In this document: piece after piece, positions 17,360-27,013 of the stretch
How the letters are laid out: each line of letters begins with the position of its first letter
How positions within the stretch are numbered: position 1 is the stretch's first letter
From: an uncultured Actinomycetota bacterium
GTDB lineage: Bacteria; Actinomycetota; Actinomycetes; JAHEKZ01
Length of the DNA: 64,000 nucleotides
Assembly (NCBI GenBank): GCA_963706045.1
Contig: CAVPLY010000002.1
Span: 159,134 to 223,133 of the forward strand
Direction of reading: 5' to 3'
Translations under genes and position numbers: made by a program
The notes under the pieces: generated by a model
Database searches by the model: none
Told to the model about the DNA's origin: nothing
The model's input: only the letters and a program-made list of their open reading frames with translations

Positions 17360-18631
17360 ATGACGGCCCCCCACCTCCGCGCGCTCGCCGAACGGCCCGC
17401 CTTTCGGGCCCTGCTGCGCGTCCGTCTTGTGGGACAGGTCTCCGATGGGTTGCTGCAGGCCGGGCTCATCGGTGTCGTCCTCTTTGCGCCTGAGCGTGCA
17501 GCGTCGCCGGGTCGGATCGCCCTCGGTTTTGCTGTCCTGCTACTGCCCTTCTCCCTCGTTGCGCCACTTGCCGGGGTCGCACTCGACCGGTGGTCTCGGG
17601 TGCGCGTCATGGCGTGGGCGAACGTCGCTCGCGCTCTCCTGCTCACCATGACGGCGGCAGCCGCCACTCGCTCCTCACTGGACGTCATTGTCTTCGGCTG
17701 CGCACTCGTCGCGATCGGCGTCAATCGGCTCGTCCTGGCGGCGCTCGGTACGTCACTTCCACGCACTGTCCCTGCCGACCTGCTGGTATCGGGGAACGCC
17801 TTGGCTCCGACCCTCGGGACGGCCGCTACGGTCGTAGGCGCCGCGGCGGGGCTCGGACTGCGCGGCTGGCTTGATCCGGTCGGTGCCCCAGCCCCTTTCC
17901 TGGCCGCCGCGGTTGGCTACTTGATGGCCGCGCTCGCCACCCGGTCCTTCAGCTCGCGGCAGCTGGGTCCGGTGCTCCAGCCGCACGAATCTCCTGACTC
18001 GGCTCCACGTGCAATGCGCACCGCTTGGGCAGATGTGCGCTCAGGGGCCGGCCAGATAGCCGCATCCGGTCCCGCGCGCCGGGCACTGACCGTGATGGCC
18101 GGCAATCGCGTCCTCTTCGGCTGTATGACGGTGTGGACGGTGCTCTTGATCCGGTTCCACCTCGCCGCCACGAACGCCGACGAGAAAAACGCTCTTGCCG
18201 CGCTGGGTGCGGTTGCGCTCTCGCTCGGGCTCGGACTCGTCGTTGCAGCTCTCGGGGCGCCTCCCCTTGTACGACGACACGGTCCTCGCCGATCAGCGGC
18301 GGTCGCCCTCGCCATGGCGGCCGTCGGCAGCGCCCTGCCGTTGCTCTCACTTCGACTCGGCGCACTGCTGCTCGCGTGGGCCTTCATCGGTGCCGGTGCG
18401 CAGATTCTCAAGATCACCGTCGACACGGTCCTCCAGCGAGCCCTTCCCGATGACGTGCGCGGACGTGTGTTCGTCGCGTACGACATCGTCTTCAATGTCG
18501 CGTTCGTCATGGGCGTCGCCGCTGTCGCGCTGCTGCCGCCCCACATAGTGGCAGCGGCCGGCGTCTCCGTTGCTGTCGCTACGGCCTACGTCGTTGGAGC
18601 AGCCGCCGCCTGGCGAAACCCCCGCCCCTAG
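17360..18631 (+). CDS. MFS-type transporter (polytopic membrane protein)
   Basis: 423-aa ORF with about 12 hydrophobic segments. The family call rests on topology and composition only. Confidence 0.5.
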   Translation: MTAPHLRALAERPAFRALLRVRLVGQVSDGLLQAGLIGVVLFAPERAASPGRIALGFAVLLLPFSLVAPLAGVALDRWSRVRVMAWANVARALLLTMTAAAATRSSLDVIVFGCALVAIGVNRLVLAALGTSLPRTVPADLLVSGNALAPTLGTAATVVGAAAGLGLRGWLDPVGAPAPFLAAAVGYLMAALATRSFSSRQLGPVLQPHESPDSAPRAMRTAWADVRSGAGQIAASGPARRALTVMAGNRVLFGCMTVWTVLLIRFHLAATNADEKNALAALGAVALSLGLGLVVAALGAPPLVRRHGPRRSAAVALAMAAVGSALPLLSLRLGALLLAWAFIGAGAQILKITVDTVLQRALPDDVRGRVFVAYDIVFNVAFVMGVAAVALLPPHIVAAAGVSVAVATAYVVGAAAAWRNPRP

Positions 18632-20103
18632 GAATCGGTGGGGCGCTCTGCCCACCACTGGCGAAGTACCTCTATCGCATCGTCGCGGTCGAGGGGGCCT
18701 CGGTCGAGCCGCACTTCAAGTAGGTACTTGTAGGCCTCGCCGACGGCGCGACCGGCAGGAATCTCCAGCACCTGCATGATGTCGTTTCCGTCGAGGTCAG
18801 GCCTGATCGCCGCAAGCTCCTCGGCCTCGGCGAGGACAGCTATCCGCTCTTCGAGGCCGCTGTAGGCGGCAGCAAGCGACGCGGCCTTGCGCCGATTTCG
18901 CGTCGTGCAGTCTGCGCGCGTCAGGGCATGCAGCCTCGGCAGCAGCTGTCCGGCGTCACGCACGTAGCGCCGCACCGCGGAATCGGTCCATTCGCCCTCC
19001 GCATAGCCATGGAATCTCAGGTGCAGCTCTACGAGGTGTGCCACGTCATCAATCAGGTCCTTCGGGTAGCGCATCGCCTTCATGCGCTTGCGTGTCATGC
19101 GGGCCCCCACCATCTCGTGGTGGTGGAACGAGACCCCGCCGCCGGCCTCGAATCGTCGGGTCGCCGGCTTGCCGATGTCGTGCAAGAGGGCGGCCAGTCG
19201 CAGGGTCAGGTCGGGACCGCTCGCTTCGAGGTCGATCGCCTGCTCGACGACGGTCAGCGTGTGCTCGTACACGTCCTTGTGCCGATGGTGCTCGTCGATC
19301 TCCAGCTTCAAGGCAGGGAGCTCGGGGACGAACTGGTCGGCGAGCCCGGTCTCAACCAGTATGCGCAGCCCCGTGCGTGGGTTCGCCGACAGCACCAGCT
19401 TGCTGAACTCGTCGCGGACCCGTTCGGCGGAGATGATCGCCAGTCGCTCCGCCATCGACGTCATGGCGACCAGCACAGACGGCTCGACCTCGAAGTCGAG
19501 TTGGGCGGCAAACCGGGCGGCCCGCAGCATCCGGAGGGGGTCGTCGTCGAAGGAGTCCTCGGGGCGCCCGGGGGTTCGCAGAGCCCGTGACTCCATGGCC
19601 TCGACGCCGTCGTACGGGTCGACGAACCGCAGCTCTGGCAGCACCACGGCCATGGCGTTCACCGTGAAGTCTCGACGCCCCAGGTCTCCCTCCAGGGACG
19701 TGCCATACGCCACAACTGGTTTTCTGGACGCTCCGTCGTACTCGTCGGAACGGTAGGTCGTGATCTCGCAGGTCAGCTGTCCGATGCGACAGCCGATCGT
19801 GCCGAAGGCTTTGCCGATGTCCCACAGGGCATCGACGTGGCCGGCGAGCAGGCGCTCCACCTCCTCAGGTGGTGCCGACGTCGTGAAGTCGAGATCGTTG
19901 CCGAGGCGGCCCAGAAGCGCGTCTCTCACCGAACCCCCCACCAGGCTGATTTCGTGACCGGCCTCGGCGAAGTGCTCCCCGAGTGCCTTGACGACCGGTG
20001 ACACCCGGACCAGCTCGGCGATGGCCCGTTCACGGGAAGCCGAAGAGGAGGAGGAGGACACGAGAGGCGAGCCTAACGTTTGGTTCAGCCCCGATCCCGA
20101 CAT
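18628..20103 (-). CDS. cca: CCA tRNA nucleotidyltransferase / poly(A) polymerase family
   Basis: 491-aa ORF with nucleotidyltransferase head [22 protein letters not shown] and HD-domain motif LLHDIGKP. The start may be the GTG at 20061 instead. Confidence 0.85.
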   Translation of the reverse strand: MSGSGLNQTLGSPLVSSSSSSASRERAIAELVRVSPVVKALGEHFAEAGHEISLVGGSVRDALLGRLGNDLDFTTSAPPEEVERLLAGHVDALWDIGKAFGTIGCRIGQLTCEITTYRSDEYDGASRKPVVAYGTSLEGDLGRRDFTVNAMAVVLPELRFVDPYDGVEAMESRALRTPGRPEDSFDDDPLRMLRAARFAAQLDFEVEPSVLVAMTSMAERLAIISAERVRDEFSKLVLSANPRTGLRILVETGLADQFVPELPALKLEIDEHHRHKDVYEHTLTVVEQAIDLEASGPDLTLRLAALLHDIGKPATRRFEAGGGVSFHHHEMVGARMTRKRMKAMRYPKDLIDDVAHLVELHLRFHGYAEGEWTDSAVRRYVRDAGQLLPRLHALTRADCTTRNRRKAASLAAAYSGLEERIAVLAEAEELAAIRPDLDGNDIMQVLEIPAGRAVGEAYKYLLEVRLDRGPLDRDDAIEVLRQWWAERPTDS

Positions 20104-20118
20104 GCCGATCTAGCGCAC

Positions 20119-21738
20119 GTGACATCACAGCCACCTGAGCAAACAACCGACGGCGAGCAGACGGGATTTGCAACTGCCGTACAGCGCGTCGCCGGCTGGT
20201 GCGCGCTCGTGTACGCCGTGCTCAACCCCTTGGCTCTGGCCCTGCGGGCTGAGTACGCCGAGCCCGCCCCCACGAGGGGGGAGGCCCTGACACTGGTCGT
20301 GTGCTCCAGCCTTGCCTTGGCAGGTGCGCTCTGGTTCTTGGCCCGACCGCGCTTGGACCAAGCTGTTCCGTGGCTCGGTCGGCATGCGACGTCAGTGGAC
20401 GGCGTCCAGCTGGTCTTCTTCGTCGCCGTCATCTCGGTGCTGACGGTGGCCGCCGGTGGTACGGAGAGCTGGCAGTGGCTCTTCTTCGTGTTCGTCATCG
20501 TCCTGGCTGCCGTCTCGCTGTCGTTCACGTGGACAGCAGCGCTCGGGGCGCTGTCGATCGCCGGCTTCTTGGCAGCCGCCGGTGTCACTGGCACATTGCA
20601 GCGCGAGGACGCCTACCAGAACGTTGCGGCCGTGCTCGGCATCGGACTTCTGAGTGCGTTCTCCGCCCTGCTCGCGCAGGCGCTCCGGCAGGCCCGCCAG
20701 CAGGTGGACGACCAGCGCCGAGCCTTGGCCCAGGAGGTTGACGGGCTCACGAACGCTCTTGCACAGCTGGCCCAGGGGGACCTGGCCACAGCTGCGGATC
20801 TGACCAGGCAAGCAGCTCGGGCCGACGACCACAGCGTTGTCGAGGTGTGGGTGTCACTCGACACGGCACTCGCCGCCATGCAAAGCCTGGTAAGTCGGGT
20901 GCATTCCGCTGGAGACGAGCTGGCGTCCAACGTTCACGGGCTTCACAACGCCGCGGCAAACGCAGCCATCGGCCACTCGCAGCAGGCGGCCGCCATTTCG
21001 CAGACCAGCGCCAGCATGCAAGAGCTGGCAGCGACCGCGGATCAGATCGCCGAGTCGGCCCGATCGGTGTCGGCGGCGGCCGCCGAGGTGACAGACGCAT
21101 CGGCCAAGGCACAGCAGGTCGTTGCCAGCACTGCAACCCAGATGACCCACATCTCCGCTCGCGTTGAATCGATAGCCGACCAAGCCCGAGACCTCGACGT
21201 GGCGGGTGCGGAAATCGGCAGGATCACCTCTGTCATCGACGAGCTCTCTGACCAGACCAATCTTCTGGCACTGAATGCGGCCATCGAGGCAGCACGTGCC
21301 GGAGAGCACGGCCGGGGCTTCGCCGTCGTGGCCGCCGAGGTACGCACCCTGGCTGAGCGGGCGCAGGAGTCCACGTACCAGATCGAGCAGATAGTCCAGC
21401 GGATCCGGGTCGGAACTGCCTCGACGCTGCAAGCCTCAGAGGCCGGAGAGCAAGCTGCGACCGCCGGGCGGGCCCATGTGGCAGAGATGGAGACCGTTCT
21501 GCGTCGGATCAGTGAGGTGGCTGATGAGGCCGATCAGGCGGCCGGCCAGATCGAGCTCGCCACGAACCAGCAGACTTCGGCGTCACACCAGGTCGTCGGC
21601 GCGATCGGGCAGGTTGCCACGGTCGCCACGGAACAGGCCGATGGTCAGCGCCAGCGCGCCGAGACGCTCTCACGCCTTGATGCCATGGCCGGTGAGCTGC
21701 GTAGCAGCATCGGCTCCTTCCGTTTCGACAACAGCTGA
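20119..21738 (+). CDS. Methyl-accepting chemotaxis protein with multi-TM N-terminal domain
   Basis: Track ORF 20080-21738. I prefer the GTG at 20119 because 20080 overlaps the divergent cca start. It carries the invariant MCP signalling hairpin [38 protein letters not shown]. The N-terminus has about 5-6 hydrophobic helices and no obvious periplasmic domain. Confidence 0.85.
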   Translation: MTSQPPEQTTDGEQTGFATAVQRVAGWCALVYAVLNPLALALRAEYAEPAPTRGEALTLVVCSSLALAGALWFLARPRLDQAVPWLGRHATSVDGVQLVFFVAVISVLTVAAGGTESWQWLFFVFVIVLAAVSLSFTWTAALGALSIAGFLAAAGVTGTLQREDAYQNVAAVLGIGLLSAFSALLAQALRQARQQVDDQRRALAQEVDGLTNALAQLAQGDLATAADLTRQAARADDHSVVEVWVSLDTALAAMQSLVSRVHSAGDELASNVHGLHNAAANAAIGHSQQAAAISQTSASMQELAATADQIAESARSVSAAAAEVTDASAKAQQVVASTATQMTHISARVESIADQARDLDVAGAEIGRITSVIDELSDQTNLLALNAAIEAARAGEHGRGFAVVAAEVRTLAERAQESTYQIEQIVQRIRVGTASTLQASEAGEQAATAGRAHVAEMETVLRRISEVADEADQAAGQIELATNQQTSASHQVVGAIGQVATVATEQADGQRQRAETLSRLDAMAGELRSSIGSFRFDNS

Positions 21739-21802
21739 GGACCCGCAGCTCCGCAGACACGTGACGGCCTGTTCATCCCACGGTGCTGGCTACGATCGCT
21801 TC

Positions 21803-23800
21803 ATGACGTCCACCCGTCGTCGTCCGGCGCGCGGCGTCTGGCGATGGTTCAGCGTGCTGCTGGTCGGCTCGGCGGCAGCACTGCTGGTGACTCCGGGTGG
21901 CGCCGCGGCCGCACCCTTGAAGACCACGCTGCAACTGACCTCCCTGACCCCCATTTCCCCGCAAGGTGATGACACGCTGCGGGCCAAGGGCACGTTCGTG
22001 TCCAACCGCTCGCTCGGCAACGTGGTGATTCGTCTCGAGGTCGGCACCACGCCCTTCGTCTCCAGGAGTTCGATTACCGAGGCAGCCGCCAACCCGCCGT
22101 TCACGACGGCCGTGCCCGGCGCAGAGGACGACCTACGCAAGGTGCGCCGCGGCGAACGCGAGCAGTTCACCGTCGCTGTTTCCGCGGACGCACTGCCCAT
22201 TGCCTTTGCCGGTGTCTACCCGCTACGCATCGTGGCCGTCGATGGAGACACCGGCGCCGAGCTCTCGGCCACAGATACCTTCCTGCCCTGGGCGCCGGAG
22301 GGTGTCGGCGTGCCAGAGAGCCGGTTACTGATGTTCTGGCCGATGGTCGGCCAACCCGCCCGCGACTCGACCGGCTCGTTCGTCACCAACACTCTTCCCG
22401 CATCGACCGCCCCAGGGGGGCGCCTGTCCACCTTGGTGCGCACGGGAGCAGACGCGCCGGTCACCTGGGTCGTCGATCCAGCACTGCTCGACGCCGTCTC
22501 CGCCCTCGACGAGCCCAGCGCCGACGCATGGATCGAGTCGTTCCGTGCTGCGGCCACCCAGCGAGAAGTTGTCGCCCTCCCCTTTGGGGATCCCGACATC
22601 GCTGCCGTCGCGGCGGCAGGGCGACCTGGGTTCCTGCAACAGGGGCAACGAAAAGGCGATCGGGTCTATCGGCGCGTCATCGGCGCGACGGCCCGCTCCG
22701 ACCTGTCATGGCCAGCCGATGGTGCCGGTGACGAGCGAGTGATCGGCACGTCGGGGCGCGTTGGCGATGTGTTCGTCCTGCTCGACGAGCAAAACATGCC
22801 GCTCGCCGAGACGCTCTTCTACACCCCCTCGGGAAGGGTCGCCTGGGAAGAGCCTGCTCTCGATCTTCTGCTCGCCGATGGTCCTGCAAGCGCCCTTGTG
22901 GCGAGCCCGGCTGACACCACCTCAGACGTCCTGCTGACCAGGCAGCGGTTCCTGGCCGAGACACTTCTGCACGCCCTTGAGCTCCCCAACGACCCTCGGC
23001 TTCTGGTGATCGCACCGCCCCGCCGCTGGGACCCTTCCGCGCAGTGGTCCGACGAGTTGGTCCTGGCTATCCGCCGGGCACCGTGGCTCAAGCCGGTGTC
23101 GCTCGATGCAGCAGTACGCCCTGATGCCCCCACGGTGGAGCGGGTAGATCCCTCGATCCCTCAGCTCTCTCTGGACCGTCAGCTGCCGGAGTCGATGGTG
23201 ACCTCAGCGCGACGCGGGTTATCCGACAACAACCGACTCGCGGGCATTCTCACGCAGCCACGTCAGCTGTCCGCCCCCATCGAAGATGCGCTCTTCACCT
23301 CCGTGAGTACGGCTTGGCGATCGGACGTAGGAGCCGCCGAGGCCGCTCAAGCTGCGACCCTTGACCGCCTCGCGGCTCAGCGGAGCCGCGTGCGGATCGT
23401 CTCGGAGGGCGGGATCCTCGGAGACGACAGCGGTTCATTCCCTGTAACCGTTCGCAACCAGCTCGATCAGGCGGTCGTCGTTCGGCTCGATGCCACGTCA
23501 ACCGATCCCTTGCGCCTTCGCGTCACGGGTCCAGAAGACCGGATCCGGATTGCCCCCGCACGTTCAGTCAGCGTCGAGGTCGAGCTCGACGCCGTCACGA
23601 GTGGCCGGCTCTCGTTCGAAGCCCAGCTACGTACGCCAAAGGGAGTTGCCTACAACGAACCGGTCACGCTTGCTGTTGACGTCAAGGGGTTTGGGCAAAT
23701 CACCTTCGTCGTGTTCGGCGCGGCCGTCGCCCTGCTGGTACTGGCCGCAACGATCCGCGTGATCCGACGCATTCGTGCCGCCCGCCGGGTGGATGCATGA
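21803..23800 (+). CDS. Secreted/anchored conserved protein (DUF6049-like; Rv3909 position)
   Basis: In-frame ATG at 21803 within track ORF 21476-23800. It gives signal peptide MTSTRRRPARGVWRWFSVLLVGSAAALLVTPGGAAAAP and a C-terminal TM plus RRIRAARR. It sits immediately upstream of murJ and overlaps it by 4 nt. Confidence 0.55.
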   Translation: MTSTRRRPARGVWRWFSVLLVGSAAALLVTPGGAAAAPLKTTLQLTSLTPISPQGDDTLRAKGTFVSNRSLGNVVIRLEVGTTPFVSRSSITEAAANPPFTTAVPGAEDDLRKVRRGEREQFTVAVSADALPIAFAGVYPLRIVAVDGDTGAELSATDTFLPWAPEGVGVPESRLLMFWPMVGQPARDSTGSFVTNTLPASTAPGGRLSTLVRTGADAPVTWVVDPALLDAVSALDEPSADAWIESFRAAATQREVVALPFGDPDIAAVAAAGRPGFLQQGQRKGDRVYRRVIGATARSDLSWPADGAGDERVIGTSGRVGDVFVLLDEQNMPLAETLFYTPSGRVAWEEPALDLLLADGPASALVASPADTTSDVLLTRQRFLAETLLHALELPNDPRLLVIAPPRRWDPSAQWSDELVLAIRRAPWLKPVSLDAAVRPDAPTVERVDPSIPQLSLDRQLPESMVTSARRGLSDNNRLAGILTQPRQLSAPIEDALFTSVSTAWRSDVGAAEAAQAATLDRLAAQRSRVRIVSEGGILGDDSGSFPVTVRNQLDQAVVVRLDATSTDPLRLRVTGPEDRIRIAPARSVSVEVELDAVTSGRLSFEAQLRTPKGVAYNEPVTLAVDVKGFGQITFVVFGAAVALLVLAATIRVIRRIRAARRVDA

Positions 23801-25422
23801 CGAGCGTCCCCTCCGACAACCGATCGGCGCTGCGCTCGAGCTCGGTGATGGCGGCCGGCACCATCGCGTCGCGAATCACCGGGCTGCTGAAGAACACGGC
23901 GCTGCTCGCGGCCGTCGGGAGTGGAGTCTTCGCCGACACCTACTCGGTCGCCAACACCCTGCCCACCATCGTCTACATCTTGCTCGTCGGTGGAGCAATC
24001 AATGCGGTGTTCATCCCGCAGCTCGTTCGACACATGGGGTCCGACGACGACGCTGGCCTCGCCTATGTTCAGCGACTCTTCAGCGCCGTGGTGCTCGCTC
24101 TGGCCCTGATCACTGTCGTGGCGGTCATCGCCGCGCCCTGGTTGGTGCAGCTGTACTCAACCGGCTGGAACAGCAACGACATCGAGGTTGCGACAGCCTT
24201 CGCCCGCCTGTTGCTTCCCCAGATCTTCTTCTACGGCATCTTCGCGCTCGTCTCGCAGATCCTCAACACCCGTGGGCGTTTCGGCGCCCCCATGTTCGCC
24301 CCTGTGCTCAACAACGTCGTCACGATCGCGAGTGCGCTCGCCTTCTTGGTCGTCGCCGGAACGGGCACCAGCACCAAGACTGTCACCGACACCGAGATCC
24401 TGATCTTGGGCATCGGCACCACCCTTGGTGCCGTTGCCCAAGCTCTTGCTCTCTGGCCGTCGCTGCGCCGGTGCGGAGTTCGGCTGCGCCTGCGCACTGA
24501 CCTCAAGGGGCAGGGCCTCGGTACTGCGTGGTCACTGGCCCGCTGGGCGATCCTGCTGGTTCTGGTCAACCAGCTCGGCACGTTGGTCATCATTCGCCTG
24601 GCCACCGGGATCAACACCGAGTCGGACACCGACGCCGGTGCCGCGGTGTATCAGATGGCCTTCGCGATCTTCATGCTGCCGCAGTCGGTGATTACCGTCT
24701 CACTGGTCACTGCGCTGTTGCCCCACCTGTCCAAACAGGCGGCGGCTGGTCGATTCGACGTCATGCGTGAGCGCGTCGGGTGGACGCTTCGCACCTCCGG
24801 CTCGCTGGTTGTCCCAGCCGCCACGGCCTTCATGGTCCTGGGTGTCCCGATCTCGGTGCTTCTCTTCCGGTACGGCTCACTGAACCTCGAGGCGGCACGT
24901 CTGCTGGGGCTCACTCTGAGTGCCTTCGCCATCGGCCTTCCAGCCTTCAGCGCCTACTACGTCCTCATGCGCGGTTTCTACGCCCTCGAGGACACCCGCA
25001 CCCCCACGCTGAACGCGATCATCCTGAACGGGTCCAACGTGGTGCTTGCGATCTCGGCCGTGGCCTGGGTGCCGGCCAAGATCGCAATCCCGGCTCTCGG
25101 CGTCGCCTACGCGCTCTCGTACTGGATCGGGTTGGCCACCCTGGCACCGCGGTTGCGACGCCGACTCGGGGGACTCGACGGCTACCTCGTCATCCGCACA
25201 TACGTGCGCGTCACCATGGCATCGGTGCTGGCCGCCGTTGCCATGGTGGCAGGCGTCTTGCTGGCCGAGGCACTGGTGGGGCGAGCTGTCGACCTGACCA
25301 GCAGCCTCGTGATCGTTCTCACCGGCCTGGCGACCGGCGCAGCCGGCTACCTCCTGGGGGTCAAGCTCTTCCGGATCACCGAGATCAGCGACGTTCTTCG
25401 GCTCCTCATCGGACGCCGCTGA
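23797..25422 (+). CDS. murJ: Lipid II flippase MurJ (MviN)
   Basis: 541-aa polytopic ORF with N-terminus SSVMAAGTIASRITGLLKNTALLAAVG, typical of MurJ. Confidence 0.85.
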   Translation: MTSVPSDNRSALRSSSVMAAGTIASRITGLLKNTALLAAVGSGVFADTYSVANTLPTIVYILLVGGAINAVFIPQLVRHMGSDDDAGLAYVQRLFSAVVLALALITVVAVIAAPWLVQLYSTGWNSNDIEVATAFARLLLPQIFFYGIFALVSQILNTRGRFGAPMFAPVLNNVVTIASALAFLVVAGTGTSTKTVTDTEILILGIGTTLGAVAQALALWPSLRRCGVRLRLRTDLKGQGLGTAWSLARWAILLVLVNQLGTLVIIRLATGINTESDTDAGAAVYQMAFAIFMLPQSVITVSLVTALLPHLSKQAAAGRFDVMRERVGWTLRTSGSLVVPAATAFMVLGVPISVLLFRYGSLNLEAARLLGLTLSAFAIGLPAFSAYYVLMRGFYALEDTRTPTLNAIILNGSNVVLAISAVAWVPAKIAIPALGVAYALSYWIGLATLAPRLRRRLGGLDGYLVIRTYVRVTMASVLAAVAMVAGVLLAEALVGRAVDLTSSLVIVLTGLATGAAGYLLGVKLFRITEISDVLRLLIGRR

Positions 25423-25479
25423 CCCGAGTAGCCCGTTCAGACTGCTCAAGACGGGCTAGTCATCTGTCGAAACCCATGC

Positions 25480-25902
25480 ATGACGACTGCACGCCTTCGC
25501 CTTGGCGCCGACGAGACAGGCAGCATCGTCTTTGGCTGGCTAGGTCGCCTCACACTGACGCTGAGCCTGCTCGGCCTCATCTGCTTTGAGGTCCTGTCCA
25601 TCGTGGTGACCCGGGTTGGGGTCGAAGACATAGGCCAGACTGCGGGCGACCGGGCCCTGACGGTGTATGCCGAGACCGGTGACACGACCAAGTCCTACCT
25701 TGCGGCCGACCAGTACGCAGCCAGTCAAGGCGCCAAGCTCGTCAAGAAGTCATTCACCGTCTCCGACGAGGCGGTCTCGTTCGATCTCAAGAAGACAGCA
25801 CCCACCTTGCTGCTCTTCCGCTTCGACGCCACCGCCGACCTCGCCGAGGTCGACACGACGATCTATGCCGAACCGTTCATCGTGGGTAGCTCGAGCCAGT
25901 GA
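25480..25902 (+). CDS. Small membrane-anchored hypothetical protein
   Basis: 140-aa ORF with one N-terminal TM (GWLGRLTLTLSLLGLICFEVLSIVV). The N-terminus weakly resembles TadE-like pseudopilins (DETGS...). Its stop overlaps the next gene's start. Confidence 0.45.
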   Translation: MTTARLRLGADETGSIVFGWLGRLTLTLSLLGLICFEVLSIVVTRVGVEDIGQTAGDRALTVYAETGDTTKSYLAADQYAASQGAKLVKKSFTVSDEAVSFDLKKTAPTLLLFRFDATADLAEVDTTIYAEPFIVGSSSQ

Positions 25903-26981
25903 CCCGTCGCTTTCGCCTGACGCTGGGCGCCGCACTTGTTCTCACGTTGGTCGTCCCCGCTGGCCATGCCCAGGCCGCACCAACGCCGACCATCGGCGCC
26001 GTCCGCACGGCGCCCGACCTCGACTCGCTGCACGACCGAGCCGAGGCGCTTCGGGGTCAGCTTCAGGACCTGCGCGATCGAGCCGACTGGACCGAGGAAC
26101 GCCTCGCCTACGCTCGCGACCAGCTGGCGGCAGCTGCCTCGAACGCCATCACAGCCGACGAACAGCTCGCCACCCTGCAGGGCACCAGCGTTGACGCCGA
26201 GACCGACATCGCACACCGGGTGCGGGCGATCGAGCAGTCGGGAGGGGCGGCCGCCCTCTTCACTCAGGCCCTGGATGCAGAGGCCATCACCGACGTCACG
26301 AGCAACGTTGCGGCGCTGAACGGAGTACTCGCCACCGACCTGGTCCGGGCATCTGACGCCGAGACCGCTCGCAACCAGATGGCCGGTGTTCGCAGCCGAC
26401 TCGATGAGATCGCCGACGAGCGCGCGCAGCTGTCGGCCAGGGCCCGAGCTCTGGCCGAACAGGCCCGCACTCTCGTCGCCGACCAACGAGCCCTCGTTGC
26501 CGCGGCCGATGTGCGGGTGGCCGACCTCGTGCAGGCGATGGAGCGACGGGCCGAGAATCAGGCCTCGACCACAGCGGTGCCTTGGACCGGTCCGGTTCCC
26601 GAGGGTCCAACCCCGTACGCCGGGCCGGCAATCGCAGCCGCGCTCAGCAAGGTGGGCTCTATGTACGTATGGGGCACCGAAGGCCCCTCCACGTTCGACT
26701 GCAGCGGGCTCATCCAGTGGTCCTACCTGCAGGCCGGACTGGTGCTGCCCCGGGTCTCGAGCGACCAATGGTCGGCAACGGCTCCCGTGCCGGTCGATGA
26801 CATGCAACCGGGTGACCTGCTGGTGTACGCCTACGACCCGACAGACGCCGGCACCATTCATCACATTGCGATGTACATTGGCAACGGTCAGATGGTCCAC
26901 GCTCCGCGGACCGGCGACGTCGTACGCGTCGTGCCCGTGTATCACGAAGGTTTGTTCGGCGTCGGACGTCCTGGTCTCTGA
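25899..26981 (+). CDS. NlpC/P60 peptidoglycan endopeptidase with long coiled-coil N-domain (RipA-like)
   Basis: 360-aa ORF with a signal peptide ending HAQAAP and an Ala/Arg/Glu/Gln/Asp-rich, apparently alpha-helical (coiled-coil-like) region. The C-terminal domain reads YVWGTEGPSTFDCSGLIQWSY...HHIAMYIGNGQMVHAP (catalytic Cys/His). Confidence 0.85.
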   Translation: MTRRFRLTLGAALVLTLVVPAGHAQAAPTPTIGAVRTAPDLDSLHDRAEALRGQLQDLRDRADWTEERLAYARDQLAAAASNAITADEQLATLQGTSVDAETDIAHRVRAIEQSGGAAALFTQALDAEAITDVTSNVAALNGVLATDLVRASDAETARNQMAGVRSRLDEIADERAQLSARARALAEQARTLVADQRALVAAADVRVADLVQAMERRAENQASTTAVPWTGPVPEGPTPYAGPAIAAALSKVGSMYVWGTEGPSTFDCSGLIQWSYLQAGLVLPRVSSDQWSATAPVPVDDMQPGDLLVYAYDPTDAGTIHHIAMYIGNGQMVHAPRTGDVVRVVPVYHEGLFGVGRPGL

Positions 26982-27013
26982 CGTCCTACCAGACAGGCAG
27001 TACTTTCGTCCCA

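Noticed and set aside
21476-21802. 109-codon N-terminal extension of the DUF6049-like ORF, overlapping the MCP 3' end
   Set aside because: The extension is Arg/Ser/Pro-rich and overlaps the MCP coding region in another frame. The internal ATG at 21803 is followed immediately by a textbook signal peptide, so the shorter gene is preferred.
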